Below are positions 29,307 to 41,120 of a stretch of 64,000 bases of DNA, piece by piece. Below the pieces are notes generated by a model. It did no database searches and had not been told where the DNA came from. It saw only the letters and a program-made list of their open reading frames with translations. Positions within the stretch are counted from its first letter, which is position 1. Every line of letters begins with the position of its first letter. The DNA lies in contig JBJBDC010000001.1 of the NCBI GenBank assembly GCA_047285535.1, positions 1,056,136 to 1,120,135 of the forward strand, given 5' to 3'. This DNA comes from Synechococcus sp. Its GTDB lineage: Bacteria; Cyanobacteriota; Cyanobacteriia; PCC-6307; Cyanobiaceae. A program made the translations under genes and the position numbers.

Positions 29307-30254
29307 ATGGCGCAGCCGCGCATCGGCCAAACAGTGGTGGTGGATGTTCCCGCAACCACCGCAAATATCGGACCAGGATTCGATTGTCTAGGTGCTGCTC
29401 TGGATCTCAACAATCGCTTCATCATGAGCCGCATTGAGGGAGATGGGGAGCGATTTGAACTGATCATCGAGGGGCAAGAGGGTTCGCACTTAAGAGGTGG
29501 GCCTGACAATCTCGTGTATCGAGCCGCACAGCGTGTCTGGAAAGCAGCTGGCCAGGAGCCAGTGGCTCTTGAAGCTCGGGTGCGTTTAGCCGTTCCACCA
29601 GCCAGGGGGTTAGGAAGCAGCGCTACGGCAATCGTGGCCGGACTCGTGGGAGCCAATGCCCTTGTCGGGGAACCGCTGAGTCGAGAGAAATTACTTGAGC
29701 TTGCGATCGACATCGAAGGGCATCCAGACAATGTGGTTCCTTCGCTGCTGGGAGGGCTTTGCATGACAGCGAAAGCTGCTTCTCAACGCTGGCGAGTAGT
29801 GCGTTGTGAATGGATGCACAACATCAAAGCCGTGGTTGCCATCCCAAGCATTCGTCTCAGCACCAGTGAAGCGAGGCGTGCCATGCCGAAATCGGTTCCC
29901 ATCGGTGATGCTGTCGTCAACCTTGGAGCACTTACCCTTTTGCTTCAAGGTCTAAGAACTGGCAACGGAGATTTGATCTCCGACGGAATGCATGACCGCC
30001 TTCATGAACCCTATCGATGGCGGCTGATCAAAGGTGGGAAGGAAGTTAAAGAGGCCGCTCTTGCAGCGGGAGCCTGGGGATGCGCGATCAGTGGTGCTGG
30101 TCCGAGCATTTTGGCTCTTTGTTCAGAAGAGAACGGCGAAGACGTTAGTCACGCCATGGTGAAAGCCTGGAAAGCAGCTGGAGTTGCTAGCCGTGCCCCA
30201 CTGCTTAGCCTTCAAACCGCAGGAAGCCACTGGCAACCCCAAAATACTGAGTAG
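29307..30254 (+). CDS. thrB: Homoserine kinase
   Basis: [37 protein letters not shown]. Confidence 0.97.
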   Translation: MAQPRIGQTVVVDVPATTANIGPGFDCLGAALDLNNRFIMSRIEGDGERFELIIEGQEGSHLRGGPDNLVYRAAQRVWKAAGQEPVALEARVRLAVPPARGLGSSATAIVAGLVGANALVGEPLSREKLLELAIDIEGHPDNVVPSLLGGLCMTAKAASQRWRVVRCEWMHNIKAVVAIPSIRLSTSEARRAMPKSVPIGDAVVNLGALTLLLQGLRTGNGDLISDGMHDRLHEPYRWRLIKGGKEVKEAALAAGAWGCAISGAGPSILALCSEENGEDVSHAMVKAWKAAGVASRAPLLSLQTAGSHWQPQNTE

Positions 30255-30310
30255 ATCTACCCAGAAAGCCCCCCGGAGCTGATAAGTTCATTAACATTCT
30301 GTCTCATGCT

Positions 30311-31882
30311 ATGGACGCCAATTTGCCGCTGACAACTGCGTCTCAGGCAACGTTCCCCTGGCTCTCCCTCATCGTTTTGCTCCCTGCAGCAATGGCACTT
30401 CTCATGCCATTGCTCCCTGAAGATGAATCGCAGCAATCACCTTTGCCGCGGAATCTGAGTATCGGCGTTCTTCTCATCGATCTCGTCCTGATGCTGGTGG
30501 TCTTCAGCCGGGAATTCGATCCCAGCAACAGCAGTCTTCAGCTCGTTGAACGAGTGAGCTGGCTTCCATCCATTGGTCTGGAATGGTCGCTGGGAGCCGA
30601 TGGACTCTCAGCTCCATTAGTTGTACTGAGCGGCCTTGTCACACTTCTTTCCGTTGCAGCAAGCTGGAACGTTCAACACAAAACGAAGCTCTACTTCGGC
30701 CTTCTTCTGGTTCAAGCCTCCGCCCAGGGACTGGTGTTCCTTTCTCAGGATTTTCTGCTCTTTTTTCTGGCTTGGGAGCTGGAACTGGTTCCGGTTTACC
30801 TCTTGATCGCCATCTGGGGTGGCAGCAATCGTCAATATGCAGCAACAAAATTCATCCTCTATACAGCTGTCGCTTCCTTGCTGATTTTGATCAGTGGACT
30901 CGCTCTGGCTCTTTCCGGGGATTCCTTCACACTCAACCTGACTGAATTAGCGACTCGATCTCCAGGGGGGAGCTTTGGTCTGCTCTGTTATCTCGGCTTT
31001 TTAATCGGGTTCGGGGTGAAGCTACCGATGTTCCCGCTGCATACCTGGCTTCCAGACGCCCATGGCGAAGCCAATGCTCCTGTGTCCATGTTGCTGGCTG
31101 GAGTGCTCTTGAAAATGGGCGGATATGCCTTGCTGCGCTTCAACGTTCAGATGCTTCCAGAGGCTCACTTGATCTTGGCACCTGCTCTGATCGTTCTTGG
31201 CATCGTCAACATCATCTACGGAGCCCTCAATGCCTTCGCTCAAGACAATGTCAAACGGCGTATTGCCTGCAGTTCCGTGAGCCATATGGGCTTTGTTTTG
31301 CTTGGCATCGGTGCGGTAGATGCCCTCAGCCTGAGTGGAGCCATGCTGCAGATGATTAGTCACGGACTCATCGCAGCAGCCATGTTCTTTGTGACAGGTT
31401 GCTTTTATGAACGCACGAAAACACTCTCCATTCCAAACATGGGCGGACTAGCCAAAGTTCTGCCGATCACCTTCGCTTTTTTCCTAACCAGCTCGCTTGC
31501 ATCGCTGGCTTTACCAGGCATGAGTGGATTCATTAGTGAAATCACCATTTTCCTTGGCATTACCAGTCAGGAGAATTTCACCACCATGTTCCGCATCACC
31601 ACCATTGCGATTGCAGCCATCGGCCTTGTGCTGACACCGATTTATCTCCTCTCCATGTGCAGGCGGGTGTTCTTCGGCCCCAGGATTCCAGCCCTTGCTT
31701 TTATCGATGACATGCGACCACGAGAACTCGTGATTGGACTTGCCCTGATGGTTCCCACATTGGTGATTGGAATCTGGCCTCGCATTGCGATGGATTTCTA
31801 TGAAGCCGCCACTGAGACTCTCGCCTCCGATCTCGGCACTCATAGCCTGGTAGCTCTCACGACCCTGCTTCCGGCGGGCTGA
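30311..31882 (+). CDS. ndhD: NAD(P)H-quinone oxidoreductase subunit 4 (probably NdhD2)
   Basis: [40 protein letters not shown], multi-TM. Confidence 0.95.
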   Translation: MDANLPLTTASQATFPWLSLIVLLPAAMALLMPLLPEDESQQSPLPRNLSIGVLLIDLVLMLVVFSREFDPSNSSLQLVERVSWLPSIGLEWSLGADGLSAPLVVLSGLVTLLSVAASWNVQHKTKLYFGLLLVQASAQGLVFLSQDFLLFFLAWELELVPVYLLIAIWGGSNRQYAATKFILYTAVASLLILISGLALALSGDSFTLNLTELATRSPGGSFGLLCYLGFLIGFGVKLPMFPLHTWLPDAHGEANAPVSMLLAGVLLKMGGYALLRFNVQMLPEAHLILAPALIVLGIVNIIYGALNAFAQDNVKRRIACSSVSHMGFVLLGIGAVDALSLSGAMLQMISHGLIAAAMFFVTGCFYERTKTLSIPNMGGLAKVLPITFAFFLTSSLASLALPGMSGFISEITIFLGITSQENFTTMFRITTIAIAAIGLVLTPIYLLSMCRRVFFGPRIPALAFIDDMRPRELVIGLALMVPTLVIGIWPRIAMDFYEAATETLASDLGTHSLVALTTLLPAG

Positions 31883-31887
31883 CAGTC

Positions 31888-34011
31888 ATGACCACCCCTG
31901 AATTGTTGCGCGGTCATGGCCTTCCGTGCTTCGGGGCCATCAACGCCTCTGAGGTGAACGCCCATATCCCAGAACTGATACATCAGTTAGAAGAACAGCT
32001 CAGCACACTGGAAAGCAACCTGGAGCAACGTCTCTTAGAAGCAGAAGCAACTCCGCTCAGCTGGGATGAGGTCATGACACCACTCCATCTGATGGGAGAA
32101 CGATTGCGCTGGAGTTGGGGGGTAGTTGGCCATCTCAACGCCGTTTGCAACAGCACTGAGCTGAGAGAAGCTTATGCCTCTCAGCAACCCGACGTAGTTC
32201 GCTTCAGCAATCGCGCAGGCCAGAGCCGAGTCATCCATGCGGCACTGGAACACCTTCAAAGGCACCCAAGTGAACCTCTTGATGCAACTCAGAGCAGGAT
32301 TCTCGAAGCCGAGTTGTTGTCAATGCGAAATCGGGGAGTGGGCTTAATTGATTCTGAACAAGCCACTTTTAACAAAGCAAGCGAACAACTGGCCTCACTT
32401 TCCACACAATTCAGCAACCATGTTCTCGACGCCACTCAGAGTTGGAGCCTTGTGGTCCGTGATGGTGAACAATTAAATGGCATTCCTGATCGAGCCTTAG
32501 AGGCCTTGGCGACTGCCGCGAAGGAGGCAGGAGATCAAGGGGCTGATGGGAGGGAAGCAACTGCATCGGATGGACCCTGGCGTCTCGGTCTTGATATGCC
32601 GCGATACTTACCTGTTCTGACCTACGCAGATAATCGCAGCCTGCGAGAAACTGTTTACAGAGCCCAGGTCAGTCGGGCCAGTGAAGGAGAACTCGACAAC
32701 GCACCACTCATCGAGGAAATCCTTGACCTGCGAGGTCGTCAAGCTGCAGTGCTGGGTTATGCGTGCTGGGCTGATCTAAGCCTGGCTTCAAAAATGGCTG
32801 AGAGCGTTTCTGCCGTTGAACAACTTCTGGAAGAGCTTCGCGCAGCAGCCCTACCCGTTGCTGAACGAGAGATTGATGAATTAAGAGACTGTGCTCGTAG
32901 CCACAACGCAGCAGAAGCTGATGATTTCGCACCATGGGATGTGAGCTATTGGGCCGAAAAACTTCGGCAGCAGCGGTTCAACCTCAACCAGGAGGCTTTG
33001 CGTCCATGGTTTCCACTCCCTCAAGTACTGGACGGACTTTTCCATCTCTGCGAACGTCTTTTCTCAATCCAGATTCAGGCTGCTGATGGCGAAGCCCCGA
33101 TCTGGCATCAAGATGTGCGCTTTTTCCGTGTCAGCGATCAAACGGGACAACCACTCGCGGCGTTTTATCTCGATCCCTTCAGTCGACCCGCTAGCAAGAG
33201 AGGTGGAGCCTGGATGGATGAATGTCTTAATCGCTCTCGAAATTCAGAGGGAGAAGTCATCAATCCAGTGGCGTATCTGATTTGCAATCAGAGCCCGCCA
33301 GCTGGGGAGACTCCAAGTCTGATGAGTTTTGAGGAGGTAGAAACCCTGTTCCATGAATTTGGCCATGGCCTTCAACACATGCTGACAACGGTGGAACTCC
33401 CTCAAGCATCCGGAATCAACAATGTGGAATGGGATGCAGTGGAACTCCCTAGTCAGTTCATGGAGAACTGGTGCCTGGATCGGAAAACCCTGATGGGAAT
33501 GGCTCGCCACTGGAAGACAGGAGAACCGTTACCAGAAGAGGACTACAACAAACTGCGAAACAGCCGCACTTTCATGCAGGGATGCGCAACGCTCCGCCAA
33601 GTTCACTTCGCGTTGACCGATATTCGCCTTCACAGTTCTTGGACTCCAGAGCTTGGTGAAACTCCAGATGATTTCAGACGGAAGATCGCAGCCAACACAA
33701 CCGTGTTGCCACCCATCCCAGAGGATCGATTTCTTTGTGCTTTCGGCCATATTTTTGCTGGTGGCTACTCCGCTGGTTATTACTCCTACAAATGGGCCGA
33801 GGTGTTAAGTGCTGATGCTTTTGCTGCTTTCGAGGAAGTAGGACTTGATCAGGAAGAGAAGGTCCAAGCCACCGGTGAACGCTTTCGCAAGACGGTGCTG
33901 AGTCTGGGCGGAAGTCAGAGTCCAGCCGATGTGTACAAATCTTTTAGAGGACGAAATGCCAGCACAGAAGCGTTGATTCGCCATTCCGGATTGACGGCAG
34001 CCAGTCATTGA
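31888..34011 (+). CDS. prlC: Oligopeptidase A (M3 family)
   Basis: FHEFGHGLQH, WDAVELPSQFMENW, HIFAGGYSAGYYSY. Confidence 0.95.
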   Translation: MTTPELLRGHGLPCFGAINASEVNAHIPELIHQLEEQLSTLESNLEQRLLEAEATPLSWDEVMTPLHLMGERLRWSWGVVGHLNAVCNSTELREAYASQQPDVVRFSNRAGQSRVIHAALEHLQRHPSEPLDATQSRILEAELLSMRNRGVGLIDSEQATFNKASEQLASLSTQFSNHVLDATQSWSLVVRDGEQLNGIPDRALEALATAAKEAGDQGADGREATASDGPWRLGLDMPRYLPVLTYADNRSLRETVYRAQVSRASEGELDNAPLIEEILDLRGRQAAVLGYACWADLSLASKMAESVSAVEQLLEELRAAALPVAEREIDELRDCARSHNAAEADDFAPWDVSYWAEKLRQQRFNLNQEALRPWFPLPQVLDGLFHLCERLFSIQIQAADGEAPIWHQDVRFFRVSDQTGQPLAAFYLDPFSRPASKRGGAWMDECLNRSRNSEGEVINPVAYLICNQSPPAGETPSLMSFEEVETLFHEFGHGLQHMLTTVELPQASGINNVEWDAVELPSQFMENWCLDRKTLMGMARHWKTGEPLPEEDYNKLRNSRTFMQGCATLRQVHFALTDIRLHSSWTPELGETPDDFRRKIAANTTVLPPIPEDRFLCAFGHIFAGGYSAGYYSYKWAEVLSADAFAAFEEVGLDQEEKVQATGERFRKTVLSLGGSQSPADVYKSFRGRNASTEALIRHSGLTAASH

Positions 34012-34021
34012 CCTTTCGGAC

Positions 34022-35488
34022 ATGGAGCATGATCTACTCGCTCTGAGTTCCAGCTGGGACAATTCCGAATCGCTGAGCACAATGTCGTTGCCTCTTCTCT
34101 CCCTGGCAGAGGCTCTTGAAAACAGCAGCCTGAAGAGAGGAATCAGCCGTAGAGACTTTCTTGCGGAACTCCTTAAAGACGTTCACCATCAACGGCTGCT
34201 TCCGCTTCTTGCCATGCTTCCTCGAGGCTGGCGTCAGTCTCCTGCTGCTCTACCAGAACAAGTACGAGGTCTTGGGAGCTTGCTTGAAAAGGGTCTGATG
34301 AGTCCCCTACTTTTAGCGGCATTCGCCGATGACTTGCAGCACTTACTCCCGCCTAGAAAAAACTTCTCCCCTTCAGCATTGAATCGCTGGTGCCAGCGCT
34401 ACATCCAAGACTCCAGCAACAAGCAATGGCCACTCCCTGATGACATGGAGAAGTTGCAATCCCAGGCATCTGAATCCCTTCTGCAACAACACGACACCAA
34501 TGAAAACCGTGTTCAATCAGGACTAGCTCAGCTGACATCGTTGGGTGGGCAGATCACCTGGAGCAATCGTGGGCTGTCCTACCTGCAGTCTGCAGAGGCG
34601 CGACAAAGGAATCAAACAATGGCGCAGGTATTGAACGCCTTAGGGAGCAATCTTCTCACTGGACAGAGGAACAACTTTGAGCCCTATCGATTCGAGGACC
34701 AGACCAATGGCAAAGATCTGATCAACTGGCTCAAAGCGCGAGGATGGGATTGTCAAGCCAGGGTGCGTGCCAGTGTGGCCAGCTTCGGACTAGGAGCCAG
34801 CACGCCCGCTGACGATCACAATCATTGGCGTCAAATACCTCTGGCGGTTCCCTATAGAACTGGCTTGCAAAACAAAAACGCAACAGAAATTGCAGCCTTA
34901 CTCCCTCACGCTTGCCTGGAGATGGAATTACAACCACCTGAGGGAGAAAGCGTGTTGCTGCAGTACTACCAAGGCACAGAGGGTTTGAATGGTTGGGCCG
35001 CAATGAATGACCTGAATCGTCCTTGGCAGAACGGACGAACCAACGGCACAGTTCAATACCCCCAAACACCATTTCGCGATCAACAGCTCGCGAATGCTCT
35101 CGATCTCTGCGAGCTCATGGGCGCTGTTCACAACAGCGAAGCCAGCATGGAAAATCTCCAACTTGGTGGATATGGAGCTATCGGTTTCTGCATTGACTCC
35201 ACGGCACTTCTTGAACAGGCCGTAACAGGCAGCACCAGCCTGTTTCCACTCACAATTGGAGGATTTTGGCGCGAACGACTGCGTTCACAATTGCATCGAT
35301 TACTCGAGCAAAAGATGCGTCCAAATAGTGAAGCTGTTGATCGCTACAAGCAGGCACTTGAGACTCTGCCTCAGGATCTCTATCACAATTCAGACAGCCG
35401 GCACGACGCGATGAGACGACTACTAGCCAGTCAACCCACAAACAGCCCTTTTCTCCTCATTCAACATCTTCATCAGGGAAGGAACTAA
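34022..35488 (+). CDS. Large hypothetical protein
   Basis: Intact 488-aa ORF directly after prlC. No family recognised. Start may be at 34082. Confidence 0.8.
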   Translation: MEHDLLALSSSWDNSESLSTMSLPLLSLAEALENSSLKRGISRRDFLAELLKDVHHQRLLPLLAMLPRGWRQSPAALPEQVRGLGSLLEKGLMSPLLLAAFADDLQHLLPPRKNFSPSALNRWCQRYIQDSSNKQWPLPDDMEKLQSQASESLLQQHDTNENRVQSGLAQLTSLGGQITWSNRGLSYLQSAEARQRNQTMAQVLNALGSNLLTGQRNNFEPYRFEDQTNGKDLINWLKARGWDCQARVRASVASFGLGASTPADDHNHWRQIPLAVPYRTGLQNKNATEIAALLPHACLEMELQPPEGESVLLQYYQGTEGLNGWAAMNDLNRPWQNGRTNGTVQYPQTPFRDQQLANALDLCELMGAVHNSEASMENLQLGGYGAIGFCIDSTALLEQAVTGSTSLFPLTIGGFWRERLRSQLHRLLEQKMRPNSEAVDRYKQALETLPQDLYHNSDSRHDAMRRLLASQPTNSPFLLIQHLHQGRN

Positions 35489-36572
35489 TCACACTACGTT
35501 CCAGTTCACGACAAATTGCCGCAACTACTTTCTGACGGAAGGCCTGACTAAAGGGACCCGATGAACCGTTATGACTCATGCACTCGATTGGGTAACGATG
35601 CAAAGAATGAGTACGCTGCCAACGATTCCAATTCGTCAGAGGCAACAAGCTCAAGCGCCCTGGGTAAGCAAGACGTCCGAAAGCTGCAACCGGGTCCTTG
35701 CTTCCAATCACCATCGCTACATCGTTGATACTTTCAAGTGCACCATTACCACTAAAAACCCCACAAACCGTGATCACCTGAACAGGAATGCTGCAGAGTT
35801 TCTGCAACATTTCAGCGGTGCCAATAGCCATTTCAGCTCCTCCACTATAACCAACCAGAACAACACGAGATGCATGGGCAGGGTGAAAATGCAATTGCTC
35901 CAATCGCCTTGCAATTTTCAAAGCCAACTCGTAATTCATCACGGGTCCATAACGTCTATCGGAAGAAATACCCACCTTAATCACATTATTTGCCTGAACG
36001 CAAAACGCACAAAGGAAACGAACAAAACCATTTGGATGATGCTCTTGAAGAGCAAACAACCACTGCCAGAACCATCGGGAGTATGAGGCAGATCGAAGCC
36101 CTACATCAGTAATAGTGTAGGCTTCAATCCCCTTCACCAACAAGGAGTCTTTATCAATTTCAGACTCCAAACAATTCAAAAATTCTTGAACCCTAGGCGG
36201 ATGACTCTCTTCACTTTGATGGATACCATCTAAATAGACCAAAAAATGGCGATGTGTTGACTGTTTTTGCTCATTCTCAACGAACAAACCGCTTGCATCA
36301 GGAAAGCTTTGCATCCACCCTTCCCAGAAGACGAAATCAACCATGACCGAATAGACACCAACCAGAGCAAGCACAACAACCAGCACAGCTCCTGACCAGC
36401 TGAGAAGCTCTAAAAGCGAACCAGATTGCATCAGCGAAGCAGCATCTCGTCGAACCACACCGGCACCAATCAACATCAGAATGCCCACGACAATCAAGGC
36501 CCCAATCAAGACCCTTGCGCCTAGGCGAATGCCGTGCCTATGACTCCGAATAACAGCATTACTTTTGGTCAT
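35457..36572 (-). CDS. Membrane-anchored alpha/beta-hydrolase-like protein
   Basis: Two N-terminal TMs, YLDGI, GYSGG nucleophile elbow, GSKDPV, MSHNG. Confidence 0.75.
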   Translation of the reverse strand: MTKSNAVIRSHRHGIRLGARVLIGALIVVGILMLIGAGVVRRDAASLMQSGSLLELLSWSGAVLVVVLALVGVYSVMVDFVFWEGWMQSFPDASGLFVENEQKQSTHRHFLVYLDGIHQSEESHPPRVQEFLNCLESEIDKDSLLVKGIEAYTITDVGLRSASYSRWFWQWLFALQEHHPNGFVRFLCAFCVQANNVIKVGISSDRRYGPVMNYELALKIARRLEQLHFHPAHASRVVLVGYSGGAEMAIGTAEMLQKLCSIPVQVITVCGVFSGNGALESINDVAMVIGSKDPVAAFGRLAYPGRLSLLPLTNWNRWQRTHSLHRYPIECMSHNGSSGPFSQAFRQKVVAAICRELERSVISSFPDEDVE

Positions 36573-37120
36573 CGTTGTATTTGAAGAGCAACTTCTTTAG
36601 CCAAAGTGTCATAACTCGAACGCCAACGCTGAGCGAATAATGCACCCACAAGTAGCAGAGCAATCACGTATCCAGGAAGACAAATTACAAAAGCATGCAG
36701 CAAAGGTATTCCATACATCGCATTCACCAAAAGCATCATATTGAGGTGAATAGAAGCTAAAAGAGCAACGGCAATGAGATCACTGACATAAGGGGCCGCA
36801 ACCAGCACATAAAAAAGGCCAGGCCATAGTGCTATAGCCATACGATTTCCAAAACTAATTGGGTGCAACGGAATTCCTTCCAACACAGCCAGCATCAGGC
36901 AATGACAAATAAGGCAAAGCAAAAGAGCCAAACTGAGCACCAAAGCATCCACCATCATGTGAAAGAAGATTTGCCTTGGAGTAAGTCGATTTGCAAGGAG
37001 AGAAAACAAATGAGAAGCAGACATGGACAAGCCGACTGCAACAAGCAGTCCTACGCCCGTATCAAGGGCCAAAAGGACCTGGCCCATTGAAACAAGCGAC
37101 TCAGTGAGTTGCTGAAGCAT
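36569..37120 (-). CDS. Integral membrane protein
   Basis: About 5 hydrophobic segments. Overlaps the downstream gene by 4 nt (ATGA). Confidence 0.75.
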   Translation of the reverse strand: MLQQLTESLVSMGQVLLALDTGVGLLVAVGLSMSASHLFSLLANRLTPRQIFFHMMVDALVLSLALLLCLICHCLMLAVLEGIPLHPISFGNRMAIALWPGLFYVLVAAPYVSDLIAVALLASIHLNMMLLVNAMYGIPLLHAFVICLPGYVIALLLVGALFAQRWRSSYDTLAKEVALQIQR

Positions 37121-37124
37121 CAGC

Positions 37125-37820
37125 TCAAGAGCCCTGAAGCTGAGGACGATTAACTATCCACAAAACCATGATCGAAAGAATGGCACAGTAAAAGCACCAA
37201 ACAGAATTAAATGTGGCGCTATAGGTCAACCAAGTAAGAAAGATCGAGGCAAAAATCAACACCCCAAACAACTTAACAGCCCGATCGCTAATAGCAACCA
37301 AGGGCAAAACAATAAATCCCCAGTAAACAAGCTCGCCAACAGGCTCAGTGTTCACAAAGTTATGAAAAATACTATTCAGGTTAGAGACGTCATACATCAA
37401 CCGTCCATTGCTAAATACAGAAGGCTGAAGTGCTGGTGGGTTCAATAAAAGAGGTGTGTAGAAAAAGATACCTAAGACCGTAGCGACAATCGCCACCCAT
37501 TTTAAACGCCGTTGAAGCCCTATTGAATCCGTTGTTCTACTAATGGACCAGGCGCTCCACGGAATCCAAATCATCCAAAAACAATAGGCAAAAAATAGAA
37601 ATCCGAGCCCAGCAATCGATGTCAAAGGTTCAATCTTTCCACTGACGATTCCAGTCCATTCCAACCCTTCAATAAACTGCTGAAGACCAAAAAAGAAAGG
37701 AACCAGTGCTAACGGTTGATAGCCAGGCCGTTCAGCCTTGGCAGCGAGATGATGGGAATACAGCCCTAAGGGCATAAGGACCGCGGATGCAGTGAAACTC
37801 GCAGATGCCGAGAAGCACAT
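37125..37820 (-). CDS. DUF6629-like multi-TM membrane protein
   Basis: MCFSASASF N-terminus, QQFIEG..W, SVWCFY.A. Confidence 0.75.
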   Translation of the reverse strand: MCFSASASFTASAVLMPLGLYSHHLAAKAERPGYQPLALVPFFFGLQQFIEGLEWTGIVSGKIEPLTSIAGLGFLFFAYCFWMIWIPWSAWSISRTTDSIGLQRRLKWVAIVATVLGIFFYTPLLLNPPALQPSVFSNGRLMYDVSNLNSIFHNFVNTEPVGELVYWGFIVLPLVAISDRAVKLFGVLIFASIFLTWLTYSATFNSVWCFYCAILSIMVLWIVNRPQLQGS

Positions 37821-37878
37821 GAGCTCAGATCAAAATTAACTAACAATCAAGCTTGACCACTCAAGCCATTATTGTCAG

Positions 37879-38508
37879 TCAATCAATACGAAGCGATTCA
37901 ATCAAGAGATCGAGCGATCTTGGGTGTGACATCAATTGCTGATGAGTGATTACTGGCACCTCCATTGCCTTCCCAATTGGAAGCACAGCTTGCCATCCAG
38001 GAAACACCATTAGATCCCACCGGCAGAAGAAGCTGATGCAATCCACACTCTCCAAAGCAGCACAATCCAGATTTAAGGAGCGCAGCAATGAACTACCGCG
38101 CTTCATATCTGCCAAACCAGCAAATAAACAACCAGGAATGCATTGTGCTGTCAATGTTCCCCGCTGAGGACTCCCGACACTGATAAAGCGTTGTGTTCGT
38201 TTGGCTCCACCGAACTCTTGGAGCCAAATCCGAGCAATAACCCCACCCATCGAAAAACCAAGCAAGTCGATTGGCCTCTCCACTCCCCACTGTTCTTGAA
38301 TCTGCTGATCAAGCTGTTTAGCGAGCGTGCGCAGGGGCGTCGCTCCGAAGCGGTGGGGCAGATGAGGTGACAACAAGGGGCGAGGCTGCACTTCAAGGCG
38401 ACGCTCCAGGCGTGAAAACAATCGAGGGGTATCGAGAAGGCCATGAACCAAAACGAGTGGTCGTAAGGCATCTTGAGATTTCATCAAGAGCTTGACTGAG
38501 GTGGCCAA
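37879..38508 (-). CDS. Lipase/esterase, alpha/beta hydrolase
   Basis: LVHGLLD, GFSMGG, SVGSPQRG, DLMVFP, THQQL. Confidence 0.9.
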   Translation of the reverse strand: MATSVKLLMKSQDALRPLVLVHGLLDTPRLFSRLERRLEVQPRPLLSPHLPHRFGATPLRTLAKQLDQQIQEQWGVERPIDLLGFSMGGVIARIWLQEFGGAKRTQRFISVGSPQRGTLTAQCIPGCLFAGLADMKRGSSLLRSLNLDCAALESVDCISFFCRWDLMVFPGWQAVLPIGKAMEVPVITHQQLMSHPRSLDLLIESLRID

Positions 38509-38858
38509 TGGCGCCAGCGTTCAATCGCAACCGCACCGGTAAAGCCAGGGATGGGTGGATTGCACTTCTGCAAGATGAGATGAATCGGCAACGGACCGTA
38601 TAGACGATCTAGCTCCTCAAAGACCTCCTCGCTGAAACGCTCAATGGTGGAGCAACGCAGTCCTCTCACCATCTGCTGAAGCGCCCTGACTGCCTGGCTG
38701 TAATCAGCAGTAGCCCTGAGATTGTCAGCCTTGGCTGCTTCACTGAGATCCAAGCCCAGTTTGATGTCTAGTCGAAACCATTGGCCATCTCTTCGTTCAT
38801 GGTCGAGAACACCAACATGAGCCCAGAGGCGCAGATCTTGAATGTGAATCCAATCCAA
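38484..38858 (-). CDS. folB: Dihydroneopterin aldolase
   Basis: AHVGVL.HERRDGQWF.LD, TADYS, IE, K..PPI. Confidence 0.9.
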   Translation of the reverse strand: MDWIHIQDLRLWAHVGVLDHERRDGQWFRLDIKLGLDLSEAAKADNLRATADYSQAVRALQQMVRGLRCSTIERFSEEVFEELDRLYGPLPIHLILQKCNPPIPGFTGAVAIERWRHWPPQSSS

Positions 38859-38863
38859 AGGAG

Positions 38864-40186
38864 TCAGTTCAGTCCCAAAGGAAGGTCGCGATGGCTGAAC
38901 TGCTCTCGCCCCTCAGCAAAATCAGCAGCGATATGCCCCTCACCGCGCAATCGATAGCGATAGGTCACCAAGCCCTCCAGCCCCACAGGTCCACGTGGCG
39001 GCAAGGTCTGGGTACTAATCCCAACTTCTGCGCCAAAGCCATAACGGAAACCATCAGCAAAACGCGTTGAGCAGTTGTGATAGACACCGGCGCTATCTAC
39101 TGCTCTCAAGAATCGTTCAGCGGTTCCCAGATTGGTAGTGGCAATCGCCTCGGTATGACGAGAGCCATAGCGCCTGATGTGTTCGAGTGCTTCGTCGAGA
39201 TCCTTGACCACTCGCACAGAAAGCACCAAATTTAAGTACTCCTGGCTCCAATCCGCAGCAGTGGCTGCCGCTTGAACACCCAAGGCTCTACTCGCTTCAT
39301 CGCCGCGCAAAAGCACACCAGCATCTTTAAACGCAGGAATGGCCTCCTGAAGAAATCTCTGCGCAACCTCCCGATGAACCAATAGCGTCTCGATCGCATT
39401 GCAAGCTGCGGGATACTGAGTCTTGCTGTCGATGGCGATGCGCAAAGCCTGCCCAAAGTCGACCTCTGCATCCACATACAGATGGCACACACCATCGGCA
39501 TGCCCGAGAACAGGTATCCGGGTGTTGTCCTGGATGAAACGCACAAGCTCATTGCTCCCGCGAGGAATAATCAGATCTACAAGACCATCAAGACGAAGAA
39601 GAGCCAAGCTGTCCTGACGGGTAGTCAGCAAGTCCAACGCATCGTCTGAGACAGTCGTGCGAGCCAAACCCTCTTTCAAGGACTGCATCACTGCGTGATT
39701 GGTGTGTTTGGCTTCGCTGCCACCCTTCAGGATGGCGCCATTACCAGAGCGAATCGCCAGCGCAGCGATTTGAATCACAGCATCAGGCCTGGCCTCGAAG
39801 ATCACACCCAAAACTCCAAGAGGAACGGTGACCCGCTCCAACACCAACCCATCGGCAAGCTCACGATGCAATTGTCTTGCCCCAAGAGGGTCATCCAGTT
39901 CAGACAACTGACGGACCCCATCAATGGCTCCGGTGAGTTTGCTCAAATCCAATTTCAGACGAGCAACCAATGCTGGGGACAAACCATCGGCAGAGGCCTG
40001 AGCGAGATCTTCCAAATTCGCTGCAACGATACGATCCGCATGAGACTCAAGAGCCGATGCCATCTCCGACAGCGCCTGTTGTCGCCTTGGATTGGAACTC
40101 TGTCCCAACTCACCAGCAGCATGTCGCACTGCCGTAGCCAGACGCAAAAGATCAGCTGATGGTTCAGGCACACCCTCACTGGTCAT
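38864..40186 (-). CDS. proA: Gamma-glutamyl phosphate reductase
   Basis: [45 protein letters not shown]. Confidence 0.97.
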   Translation of the reverse strand: MTSEGVPEPSADLLRLATAVRHAAGELGQSSNPRRQQALSEMASALESHADRIVAANLEDLAQASADGLSPALVARLKLDLSKLTGAIDGVRQLSELDDPLGARQLHRELADGLVLERVTVPLGVLGVIFEARPDAVIQIAALAIRSGNGAILKGGSEAKHTNHAVMQSLKEGLARTTVSDDALDLLTTRQDSLALLRLDGLVDLIIPRGSNELVRFIQDNTRIPVLGHADGVCHLYVDAEVDFGQALRIAIDSKTQYPAACNAIETLLVHREVAQRFLQEAIPAFKDAGVLLRGDEASRALGVQAAATAADWSQEYLNLVLSVRVVKDLDEALEHIRRYGSRHTEAIATTNLGTAERFLRAVDSAGVYHNCSTRFADGFRYGFGAEVGISTQTLPPRGPVGLEGLVTYRYRLRGEGHIAADFAEGREQFSHRDLPLGLN

Positions 40187-40226
40187 TGTTGTGTCCTTGT
40201 TCTTTGGTTCATCATCACGGTTCACG

Positions 40227-41117
40227 TCACAGCAATCGATCAATTGCTAAGCGCGCAGCCCCCAGTCGGCCTGCTCCATTGCCAAGCGCACAGGCTTCAA
40301 TCCTTAAGCCTTCACGACTTACAGCCTGGACTCGACGCTCAACTTCTTGGCGCACAGATGGAAGGAAATGGAATGCAGCTCCCGCAATTCCACCTCCCAG
40401 TAAAACCAATTCTGGCGTGAACAAATACACCAGAGAGCTGATGCCTACACCAAGAGTGGACCCGTAATGGGACCACACTTCTTGGGCTGTCAAATCCCCA
40501 TTGGAAGCCAATGTTGCCAACTCGGCTGGATCTCCGTCCCAAAGTCTCCTCAAGGCTGAAATACTCGTGAATTGCTCGAGGCTGCCTCGATTGCCGCTAT
40601 TGCAAGCAGGCCCGTTGGGATCGAAGCCAATGAGCCCAGGTTCTGCCGCGGCCCCGTTGTGTCCCGTGAAGAGAGCACCATCAAGCATCACTCCACCACC
40701 AACGCCTGTTCCAAGGGTGAGCAACACCACATCACGACAACCCTGTGCGGCTCCTTTCCATGCTTCTCCCACCAGAGCGCAATTCCCATCATTGGCCAGG
40801 GTCACTCGACGCTGAAGACGAGACTCGAGCCAATCAGCAAGGGGCACCTCCTCCCAGCCGGGAAGGTTGATGCAAACCCTGGCCACACGAGCTTGCAAAT
40901 CCATCGGGCCAGGAAGGCCAATCCCAACAACTGACGCGCGACGATCTGGATCTAGCACTTCAATGGCCTCAACCAATGCAATACAGACAGCGCCTGGCAT
41001 GGCCGGCTGAGGAGTCGCTATCTCCTGTTTAGACAGAAGACTGCCATCCAATGCAAACCGACCAATTTTGATCGCAGTTCCACCTAAATCAACTCCAATC
41101 ACCTCAGTGGAACTCAT
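40227..41117 (-). CDS. ROK family sugar kinase
   Basis: [35 protein letters not shown]. Confidence 0.92.
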   Translation of the reverse strand: MSSTEVIGVDLGGTAIKIGRFALDGSLLSKQEIATPQPAMPGAVCIALVEAIEVLDPDRRASVVGIGLPGPMDLQARVARVCINLPGWEEVPLADWLESRLQRRVTLANDGNCALVGEAWKGAAQGCRDVVLLTLGTGVGGGVMLDGALFTGHNGAAAEPGLIGFDPNGPACNSGNRGSLEQFTSISALRRLWDGDPAELATLASNGDLTAQEVWSHYGSTLGVGISSLVYLFTPELVLLGGGIAGAAFHFLPSVRQEVERRVQAVSREGLRIEACALGNGAGRLGAARLAIDRLL

Positions 41118-41120
41118 GGC

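Noticed and set aside
29234..29764. 176-aa minus ORF
   Set aside because: Antisense to thrB.
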